A stretch of 64,000 nucleotides of DNA from Antedon mediterranea (taxonomy: Eukaryota; Animalia; Echinodermata): assembly GCF_964355755.1 (NCBI RefSeq), contig NC_092670.1:15982795-16046794 (forward strand). Direction: 5' to 3'. The notes below the pieces were generated by a model that saw only the letters and a list, made by a program, of their open reading frames with translations, was not told where the DNA came from and did no database searches. Below, piece by piece: positions 25,401 to 39,406 of the stretch. Position numbers and translations under genes: made by a program. The first letter of the stretch is position 1; every line of letters starts with the position of its first letter.

Positions 25401-27840
25401 ATTAAAACAGGTATGGTTTATTTGTTATTGACTTAGTTCACTTATTGATCAATGCTGATTGATTATTGAATATATTGGTGTTGATTGATTATTGAATATA
25501 TTAACATTGATTAACAGGGGCCCTGTTAAAATAAAACTTTCTGTATCTTTAATTACTCTTTAAAAATCTGTAAAACAGTACCTATTAGCCATTTAAACAA
25601 CATACTTTTGTTATTTTCTATATTTTTTCTCCTTCGTTTTTGACTTATATTTTGTTTATTGTTTTATCATGCTTTTTCTTTTATGTATTTCTGCATACTT
25701 GTTTTGTAGGGGCCCTCTTGAGACAAGCTTATGCTTCTAGTGCGGGCCCCAGTTGTTATTTTAATAATAACAGAATAAATGTATATGAACTAGAACTATT
25801 ATTGAATTTATTGACATTGATTGATTAATGATTATATTGACATTGATTGATTATTGAATATTGGCTGATTGGTATTGATTTTCAGGCTTTGAAGAATGTG
25901 GTTTTGTATGTAATATTGGCACCATTTGACAATGAACAGTCTGATATGATCGAACGATTGAAGAAGGAGAATGGTCTTGAAGAGGTTCCTAAATACAAGT
26001 AAGACTTTCTGCTAAATTACGTGCATGCTCTTACTCATGTACATGGAAAGTCAAGTACATGAGTTGAATTACAACAGTTTTGAGTTATTATAATAATAAT
26101 AATAATAAGATTTATACAGCGCACATATCCACAAAAGTGCTCAAGGCGCTAGTGAAAACCATGAAACAAATTAACTTTAAACCTAAATACTACTGATAAT
26201 TTTGACAAAAACCGAAATAAAAACAAGACCAATCGAACCCACATCACTGCTTCCGTTTACCAGCAATTTAAGGTGCATAGACCAGCCAGTACATAACTCA
26301 CAGGTGTTCTCAGTGATGTGGGTATCTAGCAAAACAAATTAAAATCTAACAAATTGCCAAAAGCAGCCGACAGCAGATGTGTCTTAAGCGCACTCTTGAA
26401 AACATCAGTAATCCACACATGGTCCAGAACCAGCAGAAATAGATGTTTGGTATAATCAGTTGAATAAACCTGGAAACTGGTTATTACTGGTAGATCCTAC
26501 AGTACAACATAAAATATGACAAAGCAAGTGAGTGGCCGAGCAGTTAAGACAATGGAACCATAACATCGGCAAGAGTTCGAGGCTCACTTGCTCCATGGTT
26601 CTGGTGAAAGAATGAGTCTTCTCAGATAAGGACTGTAAACCGTAGGTCCCGTTTACACATCTCAACTCAACTCATGTGTACCTTAATGAACCTAGTACAT
26701 CTTTCGAAACGAGTAGGGGGTTACCCCGGTGCACTAGTACATCACAGCCACTGATCATAACAATAAATAATACGAAATAATCTTTATCTTTTTTAGGGAA
26801 TTAGTTAGCTGTTTCACAACGCATGAGTTGATGCGATGGCAGCAAGTATGTAGCATATATGAAGCAGAACTTAAGAAAGGTTCACCAGATGATCCTCCAA
26901 CTGATGTGTTTACAGACACAGAAGACGGCAAGAAACGTTGGGATGACCTGCGGAACAGAGTAGTTGAACATGTAAGGGCACCGTTTATGGTTCTTATTTA
27001 TATATTTTTTATACTTTTTTATATTTAAAACATATTAATACAGACATGTTGTCAGTATAATATGATGGAACACTATATGTTCCTGTTTTAAAGATCTATT
27101 TATGAATATTAACATTCATTATAGTACCATGTTTGTGTCTGTCTGTGGCCATTTGCATTAATCATATTTATACTAAGAAATGCTCTTATTTCAATGAATT
27201 CTTAAGCTCTGTTAATTACACTATCAAACTTTATGTGACAAAAAAATGTGATGTGTATGGACATGATGATGTCATATCACTACCATATTTGGCCATATCA
27301 CTACTACATTTTTGTTCACATAAAGTTTGATTGATAGTATAGACAGAGATTAACATGAAACACTGGTTTATATGAAAGATCTAACTTTAAATTGAAGTAC
27401 TAAAGTTTAATTGATAAACTAATTTTACTAATGTCTCTATTTCAGAATATTCGTATAATGGCCAAGTATTACACACGTATCAATATGGCAAGATTAGCCG
27501 AACTCTTGGAGCTGACTGAAGTTGTGAGTTTAAATCATTTTTGTTTTTCAACTTTTACATGATAAAATAGGTAAGAACTTCATTGAATAGTATTAGAAAT
27601 AAATGTTTTGATTCTACTTGTTTTTAGGAAGCGGAACAATTTTTATCGGACCTTGTGGTCAAGAAAACTGTGTTTGCAAAGGTTGACCGCTTAGCTGGTA
27701 TTGTACACTTCACACATGAGCAAGATCCCGTACAAATCCTAAATGGATGGTCTCATAATCTGAATGAGTTAATGCAACTGGTTAGCAAAACAACACATCT
27801 GATTAACAAGGAAGAAATGATACACCAGTTTAGTAATTAA
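22456..27840 (+). CDS. PSMD12: 26S proteasome non-ATPase regulatory subunit 12 (Rpn5), about 454 aa, 11 exons
   Basis: Exons 22456-22545, 23265-23324, 23548-23676, 23829-23936, 24361-24468, 24689-24844, 25276-25410, 25886-25998, 26797-26971, 27446-27523, 27628-27840. Motifs [63 protein letters not shown]. Confidence 0.98.
26092..26410 (-). mobile_element. L2/CR1-type LINE 3' end fragment
   Basis: Minus strand ends AGCGCCTTGAGCAC..GGATATGTGCGCTGTATAAAT followed by (ATT)n. The same tail recurs at 39369-39446. Confidence 0.55.
26529..26770 (+). mobile_element. tRNA-headed Deu-domain SINE
   Basis: A box GTGGCCGAGCAGTTAAG, B box GAGTTCGAGGCTC, then the Deu-like core shared with the 1440 and 56775 copies. 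Confidence 0.75.
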
Positions 27841-29226
27841 TTTCAATCTCAACAAAGCTGTCTTGAGTATTGTCAACTCTTTTTCTATATCTGTAATTCA
27901 TACATACAACTGAGGTTAAAAGAGGTTTCCATTTTGGTAACAGTTCATGCCTCTTTTTCTGTTAAGATGTTGTTGAAGCTTAACCAACACAATCCTATTC
28001 ATTTGGATGTTTCAGGCAAAATATTTCTGAAAATATTTCATTGAAAACTATGTATAAAAAGTTATAAATTAAAATTTCTTTAGACAGATTGTTATGTTGT
28101 GCATTTTATTTTCATATTTTTCATTGCGTTACTAAGTAATAAATGATTCAACATGAGGTAGTAGTGGCATAAACAATCCTTAGCCAGGATTGGCAACAAC
28201 CAAACTACTAAGTATCTAAATATAATAATACTATAATTGTATATTGCTTACATTTTATCTAAGCTAATCAAAGCACTTTAGCACAATAGCTTTGTATTTA
28301 TAATCCAGTAAGGGTTCATTCGTGTTGTGTACCCTGGACATCCACTTTTATCTGAGAAGACTGGCCAAGTAGGGGCTTGAACCTGTGCTGATTTGACTGA
28401 TATGCTTAACCACCGACTCAAAGTAAAATTATAGGCAACAGTATTTGAATTTCTAAAATCTATAATGAGCGTGTGCCTTACCTTAACTGCAGAACTAACT
28501 TCATATAATAAGTACATTTATAACTAAAAACTAAAGCTTGTGATTGGTCAACTTGCCCTTGCATTGCATAGACTTAACTTTGCATAACATAATTAAGTGG
28601 TTCTTGCAAAAGCTGCCTCCAGTGTACAGTACAAAATTATCATTACTGCATACTACTGAGTCCTGAAAAGTCTTTACAATAATGTCAAAAATTATTCTAG
28701 GTTGACTATCAATTAGACCAGCTTCACTTTCCATATTACTCTAGATTATATTACACATAAAATTATTTGTTTTATAAAACTGGTAAGTATTTACAACATA
28801 ATATAAAATAACAATATAGCCGATATTCATATTTGTGTTACTATTTTGTTTTAAACTTTTGTGCTACAGTACCTTTAATCATTATTATTTCGGTTTTTTT
28901 TGTGATATTTATGTGGAATGTTTTTATTTGTCTTTCGCCAATTTGAACTCTGTATGACATCAATAGTCTGGCATGTTGTTGACCGAGCTAAAAATGTTTG
29001 AGGTTTCTGTAATATTGGCAATTTTATCTTGTTTTTATAAATTATTTTAGTTTCCTGTTAATACTGTATTGGCTTTTATCTTTGAAATCTTGTTTTATAT
29101 ATATTATTTTAGTTTATTGTTATTTATTAGCTTCTACTATATCTTTACAATCTTGTTTTTATATATTGTTATAGGTTACTGTTATTATCGGCTTCTACCT
29201 TAAAATATATATACTGTATCTATTAA

Positions 29227-32200
29227 TTAAGTTGCTTTTAATATCGAAACCATCTTTTTGATCTTGTTTTCATTTTTTTTAATGTAACACTCTGTTTCCC
29301 AAAGAATCTTCAGAAGCTTAATATCATCCGACTCGTCTAAAGGCATGTCAACAGAAATCGGTGGGCTGAACCGAAAGTATGGAATTTGTAACGAGCCACA
29401 CCAGGCTTGAGACCGGTCTACAGAACGGTTCACAGAGTCGGTAAGCTGTAATTAAATAAAGCAGAATATGCGTTACACTCCAACTAATTTTATTATGACA
29501 ATTGAACCAGGAATTGTTGAATAATACTATATTGAGGAAGATTATTGTACAATCACAACTCACAGTTAATATAAAGCTCTGTCTACACTATAAAAAAAAG
29601 TGTGACATGCCCAAATATGGTAGTGATATGCTTAAATATGGTAGCAATATGACATTATCATGTCCATATATGGGCACATCACATTAAGTTTGATAGTGTA
29701 GACAGAGCTTTAATTACTGAGGATTATGGATGTAGTACATACCAGTTCAACAGACATCTGTCCCAAAGATGCAGCACCCATTGCAGCATTGATTAAATTC
29801 AGAGGACTATCTGGTCTCATAATATCTATCTTCTTAACAGTTTTGCGAGGGACTACACCAGTACCTATAGACAACACCAGTCCAGTAGACTTAGTTGGCA
29901 AATTCTGTAGAAATAATGAGTGGGCCTAATTATTGCCTGTAAACATTGAAAGCCTATGGTCTGCCTGGCTTCTAAGCATCGAATCCTGCTACCAGAGCAT
30001 ACTGTAGGCCTACATGTCAAACTTTACAAATTGTTATTGTTAATAATAAAGAATAACACGAAGTTTCAACTAAAACAGGTTTTACCTTCATTTTCTTTTC
30101 AATGTAATGTTCCTGAATTTCAGTCATAGCATCCAGTGTTGGGTTATTGGCTATCAGGCCACCATCAAGATAGCGGCCCATTGCATTGAAATAAGTTGGT
30201 GCTGCCCCACTTGCTCTGGCAGCCTGCCATAATAATTGATCTAAAAACAATATTAGGAAATCATAACAAATCAGGACTTCACTCCTTATTACAATATAAA
30301 GTTCTATAAATTATGAATAATAATTACATAAATTATTTTAATAAACTTTCTACTTGAATATGTAATTTGAGATGACAGTCTGTGGCCGTATTCACCAATC
30401 ACACTTTCTCTTAAATATTTAAGGGAAAGTGTGATTGTTGAAAGTATTTCCCTTAAATTGTATTCACTTAGATAGGAGATTTTTAATTTTAAGGGTAAGT
30501 GTTTCCCTTAGCCTAAGTTGGAATGGTGAATACAGCCTTTGGAGGCTAGGTTCTTTACTGTATTATTCCAAGTATGCACTTGCCTTTATAATGAGCTGGA
30601 GGTTGAAAGGGTTCACTATGAGCTGCTGCATGAGTAGAGGACGTGCACGGTGCCTCGTAGTTACGAAAGAAGTGAAGCACAGGTGGAATTCTGTCAGCTA
30701 CAACGCATGAAACGAGAACTCTTGAAAAGATGCAGTAAATTAGTTAGTTTTGTATAAGGTACTGCATAAAGCTCTGTCTACACTATCAAATTTTATGTGA
30801 CAAAAAAATGTGATATGCCCAAATATGGACATGATGATGTCATAATCACTACCACGTTTGGGCATATCACTACCATATTTAGGCACATATTTTGTCAAAC
30901 TAGTTGACAAACACAATTTATGTTTAAATTACTTGTTGTATGAGGTTGATCTCCTTTTACTTACTTTGGTTCTTCAAAAGAATCCATTTTGGCTTCCTCT
31001 CCAAAGAAATCTTTGAGAAATGATTCAAATTTTTCTTTTTTGTAAGGCCGGGTTCCCTGAAACACCTCATCCTTCAAACGAAAGTACAGCTTGCGGCATT
31101 CTATCAAACTATATCCTAAATAGCAAAGCGTGTTAAAGTGACACCTTCATATCATACCCAATTTCTTTTTTTCAAACACCCATAATATGAAATTGTGGTT
31201 GCCCATAATATGCCATTGTGGTCGCCCATAATGTCATTTTGGTCACCCATAATATGTCATTTTGGTATACCCATATGCCATTTTGGTAGTCTATGCCATT
31301 TTAATAGTCAATATAGGTAGTTTAGATAACATTAAATAACTGATCTGTAAGATTTTAATAAACAGTATCATTTTTTGGTAGAAGGTGTTCATTTTCCTTA
31401 TCCTACAACACATAATGGGTGATGAGTTGGTTAGCTAACAAGAAAAGTGTAAAATACCGTGACGAACCTTTTCCCAGAGCAAGAGCCAATATTCCACCAG
31501 TACTTGTACCAACAATCCAATCAAATAACTCATTGATTGGACGACCAGCTACCTTCTCTATTGCCATTAATATCTGTACAAGAATCAGTCCACGAATACC
31601 GCCCCCATCTAGACATAATACCGTCTCCTTACTACGCTCTGATTTGACACCGTCTACAGCTGTATTGTTTTGCTTTTGTATTTCTTGGGTAAACATGTCT
31701 ATATATTCTTCAAAAACTATTCACACAAAAAATGTTTAATTTGTTTACAAATTTATGTTGGTTTATCATGACATAATTAAAAACTATGATTTAAGCATAT
31801 AGTGAAGGTTACGAATGATAAAACTAACCATTGGTCTAGAGTTTAATTGTAGTTGGAATTTTATGGTGAAATTTGACCAAGGCGTTACAGGAATCCTTTC
31901 GACTTTTTCTTGTCAGCATGAATGGAAATACCCAGCAAAATAAAAAAAAACAACTAACCGTTGTGGCATTTATTATCCATGATATCCAGTTTGTCAGGTT
32001 CTTTTCCATTATATGAGCCATTGTGTGCACATCCCTTGCTACATTCCATAGACTTAGGGCATCGCTGAGCACCTGCAGTGTGCAGTATGCAAATTAATTC
32101 ACCAGATTTAAATAATGGATTGTAGTATTGAGCAGCAGCTAGATGACGTGGTGTTTCTCCTAAATTGTTAACAATATTTAAGTCTGCTCCGAAAACCACC

Positions 32201-35200
32201 AATGCATACACCACATCTACTGAACCAGCCTGAAAAACATAATTCCCTTTATAAACAAAATATAGTATCATTATTTTTTCAGAACTTTGTTCAGGCCTGG
32301 TCTTTTGAGGTATGCAAGTGCAATCAAATGCTTGATGTGTGCCATTACATTTCAATCAAGATACAAACACACCAACAGCTTCCATCGTTGATGCAGTATC
32401 ATACAATAGAAAATAAGTAGAGACTTATATATCTTAAGTTACCTTAACGGCTGTGTGTAATGGTGAATCACCATTCAATGCTTTAATACACGGGTCAGCG
32501 CCTGCACACAGCAGAGCCATCAAGCATGGAAAACGCTGTCTTCTCACCATAATATGCAGAGCAGTATCTCCACTCTTACTCACTGCATCAATGTCGCAAT
32601 CATACTTTAAGACAAGATCTACAAAGCTCTGTTCTTTGGCCCAGTGTAATGGTGTCCCTCCATGTTTGTTATCACGGCCATATCCCTGCTTTGGATTGGC
32701 TTGTAAAATAGCTTCAGAAGTCCTAAAAAAAATTCAGTTATTTTATTTGTACATAAAGCAGTGTGCTTTTTGAAAACGTAAATCAGACTTATATTTACTT
32801 TACTATACTTGCTTTGTATGTAAAGCCTTGTCTACAATATCAAACTTTATGTGACAAAAACATGTGATGTGCCCAAATATAGACGTGGTGATCTTATATC
32901 ATTACCATATTTGACCATATCACTACCATATATGGGTACATTACACTCTATTTGTCAAATAGTTTGATAGTGTAGACAGATCTTAAGTAAGTATATTGCA
33001 ACAGACTATGCCTTGATTTCATCTTTATTGTCAATATGGCCAACTGAAATATTAAATAGCATGCCTATGTCGCTCTTTTCTTTTGCCAAATATTTAGCTC
33101 AATTTCTGAGTGCTTAGTCTATTTTGATATAGTGATTTCACTTTGCTTGAATTGAACTAAGTTGTATATTAAAAATGTTTTCTTATACATTATACATTAC
33201 CTCAATTGATTCTTTTTTAAAACATGATGGATGGGATAACCAAGCTCATCTGCCACATCCACTGTGGCATTGTTTGTCAGCAGTACATCTGAGCTGTAGA
33301 AGTTCCCCACCTTGCAGGCAACGAGCAGTGGTGTTTCATTCTCATTGTTTACACGGTTAATGCCTTTCTTGCTATGCTTCAGTAACATCTACAAATACAA
33401 ATTTGAGTATTAATGTAACATATACTGTACGTGTGTTAAATGCCTTTATAACATTTTAAAATATCACATATACTACTGTATGTAAATGGTTCAGAGATAA
33501 ACAACCTTGTATTTTACTGGGATCCTTAAGAAAAAAAAGACGGTGTAAGAATGAATGTGTTAATCAGGGACTTTCCATAAGGATGTACAACCTTATTACA
33601 ACCTATAATCTAGAGTACATAGCACAGATTAAGTAGAGTATACTGTAGCAAAGAACTTATAACACAAGAATCTCCTGTTATTCAATTTGCATTCAAAACA
33701 CAGTATCGGAAGTACAGGGTTAAAAGGTCAAACTGGGCGACGCCATTTCACAGCATGGAGCAGCGCCCCCTCCAAACTAGGAAGTCAATTACTCTATCCC
33801 CCTAGAGTAATAGCAGATCCCCTCTATGATTTTGACTTTCTAATTTGATGCGGGCGCCCTACTCCTCAGTCAATTACTCTATACCCCCTAGAGCATTAGC
33901 AGAACCCCTCTATGATTTTGACTTTCTAATTTGATGCGGGCGCCCTACTCCATGGCTCACAATGGCGCCACCCATAGCTCTATTCTATCCCACAATGCCT
34001 TTCGAAATTGTTACGCGCTTCGGACGAACAGGAGATTCTTGTGTTATAAGTTTTTTGACTGTAGTTACCGTTGTGATAGATTCACTATCACTCTGTAACC
34101 TTGCAGCATAGTGGTACACATTATCACCCTTATCATCAGCAATATCCGTTAGAGCATTGTTTAGCATTAGGTCACGTACTAGACAGATGTTCTTTGTCTC
34201 AACTGCCAGATGAAATGGCGTCTTGCACTTATCACAGGCTTGGCTGTTGATATGGCTATGGATAGAATTAATGTTTACATTGGGAACTTGGCGATTAATA
34301 CGTATGTAGTTATATTTACAACCCTTCCCCCTTCCTGCTAACCACAATGAGTCTTTCCCACTGTACATGCACTATAATGTACAGTAAGTAAATTTTAAAA
34401 TAAACCAAGGTTATGCAAACATAATGAATGCCTGTATTGGCATGCTTGTTAAAAATGGCTTAACGTAAGCTCTGTTTACACTATCAAACACTTTATGAAA
34501 AAAAAGATGCGACATTATATAATCACTACCCTATTTGGGCACATCACACTTTTTCTGTCAAACTAGTTTGAGTGTAGACAGAGCTTTACAAGATATCGTA
34601 AAAAAAGCTAATTAAATTTAAGTGACTTACATTAAAATATCAGGTTTTTGAAAACAACCAGCAGCACTAACATGAATGCCAATGTGCGCAACCGACCAAT
34701 CAGGATGCTCTCTCAAACAGTCACAAATTGCTTGCAGTTTTTCTACATTTGTGCATTTACTTGATGCTTTGTATAATAACGGGACTTTTTCAGTAACCAG
34801 CTTAAACATTTGTTCAGCTTTTTGAGAGTTTTGATAACGAAATAGGCTAAAAATATTAAGAAATTCATTATTGCAATGCATGTTCTCTCCCACACACTAT
34901 GTTTTAGCTGCCATTAAGCAGACGACACGGGTGCTGTGTCAATCAGATACAGATCTCCCATGGTAACTCTGCAGGGGAGGATCCAGCATTATAGATTAGG
35001 GGGCAGGGATCTAAATATTTCATAAATGATAAAAACAATCTGTCATTATTTTGTTTTAAAAAGTTAATTAATTTAGGGGGGGGGGGGGGCAAAGCCTGTT
35101 TAAATCTGCGCCTGCTATGTGCTCGCTTTCAAAGATGCACTAAGTCAAAAGAACAAGAGTTTAATTGTGTACTGATTTACAGTCATTACCTTGAGATGTT

Positions 35201-35508
35201 TAAACAATTTTAAAAACTAAGTTGGGTCATCAATAACAATCAGGACTTTCTGAAAAAATATAATGGAAATAATTTTAAAAATGAAACCTGAATGTTTGTT
35301 CAGAAACTGTTCTATCATTCAATAAACACTCCAACACATCTTTGTTCTTGTACAGCTTGACAGGGCCATCGTTGATCACTAACTTCCAGGAGGCAGTCCT
35401 ACTCTCACAGTCGTCTAATTTGCGTACTTTGGTATAGTATATGTCAGGTTTTGGTACGCTGTTTAGGACTGATGTTACAGCTTCCTCAAACATCTGAGTC
35501 CAATCCAT
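29227..35508 (-). CDS. PLA2G6: Calcium-independent phospholipase A2 beta (ankyrin repeats plus patatin domain), about 811 aa, 12 coding exons
   Basis: Exons 35508-35288, 34846-34631, 34255-34069, 33388-33201, 32722-32443, 32229-31959, 31716-31468, 31115-30965, 30720-30584 (GC donor), 30240-30086, 29904-29743, 29445-29227. Motifs HPDWSVAH, ankyrin [23 protein letters not shown] (catalytic Ser), [36 protein letters not shown]. Confidence 0.95.
29575..29709. mobile_element. MITE family A, full copy
   Basis: TAA|AGCTCTGTCTACACTAT ... TTTGATAGTGTAGACAGAGCT|TTA. Confidence 0.85.
33654..34052. mobile_element. MITE with 26-bp TIR and an internal duplication of about 85 bp
   Basis: AACTTATAACACAAGAATCTCCTGTT / AACAGGAGATTCTTGTGTTATAAGTT, with internal direct repeat GTCAATTACTCTAT..GGGCGCCCTACTCC at 33784 and 33869. 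Confidence 0.8.
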
Positions 35509-36150
35509 TGTCTTTGGGAAAAAAGGCATTTTTATTGAGTTGAAATTAATTATTATTGTCTTTCAATTGCTTTTACGTTTTGAGACTTTTGTTTCTGGGT
35601 TTTACAAATTGCCGATCGGATATACAGTATTTACGAAGCAAGTGGGCAGTGTGTTTCATGGTGTTGGAAGCGGGATGGTGAATCTCAACATTTTCTATAA
35701 AAAAAAGTATATTAGCTGCACGCTTTATAAGTACATCTGTAATCGCACACACCCACTTTTTTTTCCAAAATCTATTTAGCAATAGTATTAATCTTCTAGG
35801 CCTAAATAAGCCACTACAAACCCCTACTGTACTGTTACTACTTCTAGGCTACTTGCCTACCTACATAACTATTACTAAGAAAGAGCTCTAGTTGCACAGT
35901 AAAGTAGTCCACTAAACTATCTAGTTAGTACACTGTAGAGTAGGCTAATTTACACTTGACATTTACAAAAAAACACAGGTAGCCTACTAGACTGTACTGA
36001 CTGCTGAGCATATTAGCCTAACCAATAATTAAATTGCAACTGCCTAAATACTTTTCTCTGTAAATAAAAACATTGCATACCTTTATTTATCTAATTTTTG
36101 ACAAGAAAGAAGAAACCACTTGCCGCTGCAGAAAAATGTGGTTTAATCGT

Positions 36151-36251
36151 TAAAATCACTCAAGCGTAGTTCCGACAACAAAGCCTTACCTTTAAAAGTG
36201 GGCGGAGCATCCTGTGTGTTGCCGGAACTACTGCACGCTTGATTGATTTTA
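36151..36251. promoter_or_regulatory. Putative bidirectional promoter of PLA2G6 and the Grx-DEP-DUF547 gene
   Basis: Central GGGCGGAG GC box flanked by inverted arms of about 30 bp. Candidate non-coding first-exon donors lie at 36080 (minus) and 36378 (plus). Confidence 0.6.
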
Positions 36252-36738
36252 TTATTATCTTTTTTTTTGGAATGATGATGAAGTAGCATGATAATGATAT
36301 TAATACATGCAGATAATTATGACAGTGCATTTCCATTATAAATCTAACCTAAACAAGACATTATACTAATAATATAGGTGAAGTATTTTTATATCATTTA
36401 TTTGAAGAGTAGACGGCCATGAATTAGGAGCAGTTTTAGCTTGTTTTATAGAATTGTTAAAAGTGTATATTAGTGTTAGTGTAGCCTACTAGCCTATTGT
36501 ATTATATACTACTACAGCAGCTACATAAATCGGCCCTCCATCTTAGAGCTGTGTGGTGAGGATACAACAATTGTCTCAGCTTTAGAAGGAAGTATAGCAA
36601 ACTAGCAAACCACCCTTCATGTTGGTCAATTGATGGTTAATTCAAAAGGCAATAAATAAGTCGCCGTCAATTAGGTAGACTTAATTTAATGAATCAAACT
36701 ATTTTTCAATTTCTGTTTTTCTTGAAATAGCATTCGTG

Positions 36739-39367
36739 ATGGTTTACAACGGTAGAGTACTAGTATACTCAATTGTAGGCTGCCCTCATTGTAAAAATGC
36801 GAAGGCGAGTCTCACTGAGCGTGGCATTCCGTATACTGACGTCAGCTTGGATATGTACCCGGAGAGTGTCCGAGAAGATGTGATGAAGCGGACCGGCAAG
36901 ACGACAGTTCCGCAAATATTCTTTAATGCTATTTATATTGGTGGAAATGAAGAACTACAAAAGTTTGTGAGTTATCATTCTATTTGGCATCTGGCATCTA
37001 TCATCATGGTGGAGCTGTAGCTGTCTAACATGCTTGCCTTCTAATCCCACCATTATCATCACCACCATCATCATCATGGTGGAGCTGTAGCTGGTTAACA
37101 TGCTTGCCTTCTAATCCCACCATTATCATCACCACTATCATCAGATCACCATCATAATCATCATGGTGGAGCTGTAGCTGGTTAACATGCTTGCCTTCTA
37201 ATCCCACCATTATCATCACCATCATCATCATCATCATGGTGGAGCTGTAGCTGGTTAACATGCTTGCCTTCTAATCCCACCATTATCATCATCATCACCA
37301 TCATCATCATTATCATCATCACCACCATCATCATTATTTTCATTATCATCTTCATCATCCTATAATTATCATGCCCAATACGGCTATTTTCAATATTTAT
37401 ATTGATAAAGGACAAAAGGTTCTGTCATTAGGGTGTCATTATCATAATCCTCAATCATTATAAAGCATCATGACTGTTAATCATCATAATTCATTTCCAT
37501 CACCCATGAATCATTCACAATATGATATTCATTAAATTCATCTTCCCACAAGAACTGAAATGCAATAGATGTTTACTCATTACAAATTTACAACAACTAT
37601 AAAACACTAACTGATAAAATAAAGGAGACAAAGCCAAACAAAACACACAAATCAAATGCAATCACTTTGTAACAACTGCCAATTATTATTTGTTAAAGAT
37701 TGCAGATAAAAAACGATTTCAGGAACTCCTTCAGGAGGTAGTAAACAATGAACCGCCAGCTGATGCTCCTCAGCCACCGGACGAGGCTACAATGTTGTCA
37801 TCATCAGGTAAGCTCTTAACTTAAGTACTTGGCAAAATTGATTGTAATGTTCGTGGATTAAAATAAAAGAATGAATGAAATAAATATACAATGAATGAAT
37901 GAATACTTGCACTGGTTTAATGAGTAATATTCCTAATTATTATTCTTCATAGGTTTTAATTGTTTATAAGCAGGATGTAATGCATTGACATTGCCTTACC
38001 CTAACCTTCAAACTCTGCCAATATCTCAATGCACCAAGTCATGCAATATAAAGTATATTCCGATTGTACCTGTAAAGATATAACCAATCTAACCACTGCC
38101 TTAAAATAACTGGTGGATGCTATTCTGAAAACTGTCCCCACCACCAAAAAATGTATACAGTACCATTGATATATTAAATGTATACAATAAACAATACAAT
38201 AATTATACTAATATCTTTTCTTTTAGTTTACCACCAAATATTATAGGCCAATAGTCTGAGAAATGCTTATGGTTTTTACACTTTAAAGTGTGAAAGCATG
38301 GGAGATGCCAGAAATATGTGAGACTAAAATGGCATGTTAAGCTGCTGGTAATAAAGAACTAAGACTCATTGAATTAATATAGCTTAAAATAATCTTTTTT
38401 TAAACAATCAATTTTTTATGTTATAGCTGAAATAGATTTGACATGTGAACGTGATGAATATGCTCAGCTTGTGTATGAACTGAGGCTTAGTGGGTTAATC
38501 ACTGATCGCCGTAAAGGCCTGCACACATATAAACACACCTTTGTTGGTAAAGAGTTTGTAGATTGGGTGGTTAAAACCAAAGGTGTAGGTAAGATATATT
38601 TATCTTTTTTAAGATACTCCAGTATGACACTAAACCAGCAGTAGCCAGAACCATCCAATATTCCACTACCCCATCCAAACACCCACAAAAACTCATCTCA
38701 GTCATAGAACAATTCTGCCATGTGAACAGCCCTATGTTATAGAATAAAATCATATAAAGGTCTTATTAGCCCTCCCCCCTTAAACCAGCAACATTTCTCA
38801 TTTCCTCAGATCGTGCCAAAGCAGTGGAGATGGGTCAAACGTTATTGGAGCAAAAGTTTGGACATAAAATAAAAGGAAAATCTGAGCACTTCCAAGATGA
38901 TGAAAATCTTTACAGACTAATTGAGAATGATGAATCAATGGCACTGAACTCAGGCTTGCCCTCTGATTGCCCTCCTCGCCCTGGTAAGTCGGCAACTGTA
39001 CAGCCTAGCTTCATAGTCTAAGCTCTAGATGGCAATTCGACTTAATATTGGTAAAAATAAGACTTATTATTGGTAAAATAATAAATATTACCTTATATTC
39101 TCTTTTTCAATAGCTGGTGAAATTGGCGAGATCCTCCGTCGATTAATTCTGAATATTTTCAATGAGTTTTTGAGTGAAGATGGAAAGGTAGATACATTTA
39201 ATTGTAAACTGTTTTTAATCGTTACCACATCTTCCTGTCTGATGTTGTAAGCAGGAAATCATCCTTATTATAACAACATTTTAAGACAAGCCCTAAAAAT
39301 TGTTTACATTATTAAATATTAAATGCTATAAAAACTCAAATGCCCAACTTCAAATTGCTTGATACCT

Positions 39368-39406
<39 letters not shown>

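Noticed and set aside
35509-35529. Upstream ATG (MPFFPKT) for PLA2G6 in the ORF track
   Set aside because: TTTTTTCCCAAAG|ACAATGG looks like a splice acceptor, so the ATG at 35508 is the more likely start
37025-37415. Poly-Met/poly-Asp ORFs
   Set aside because: Artefacts of the (CAT)n-containing minisatellite
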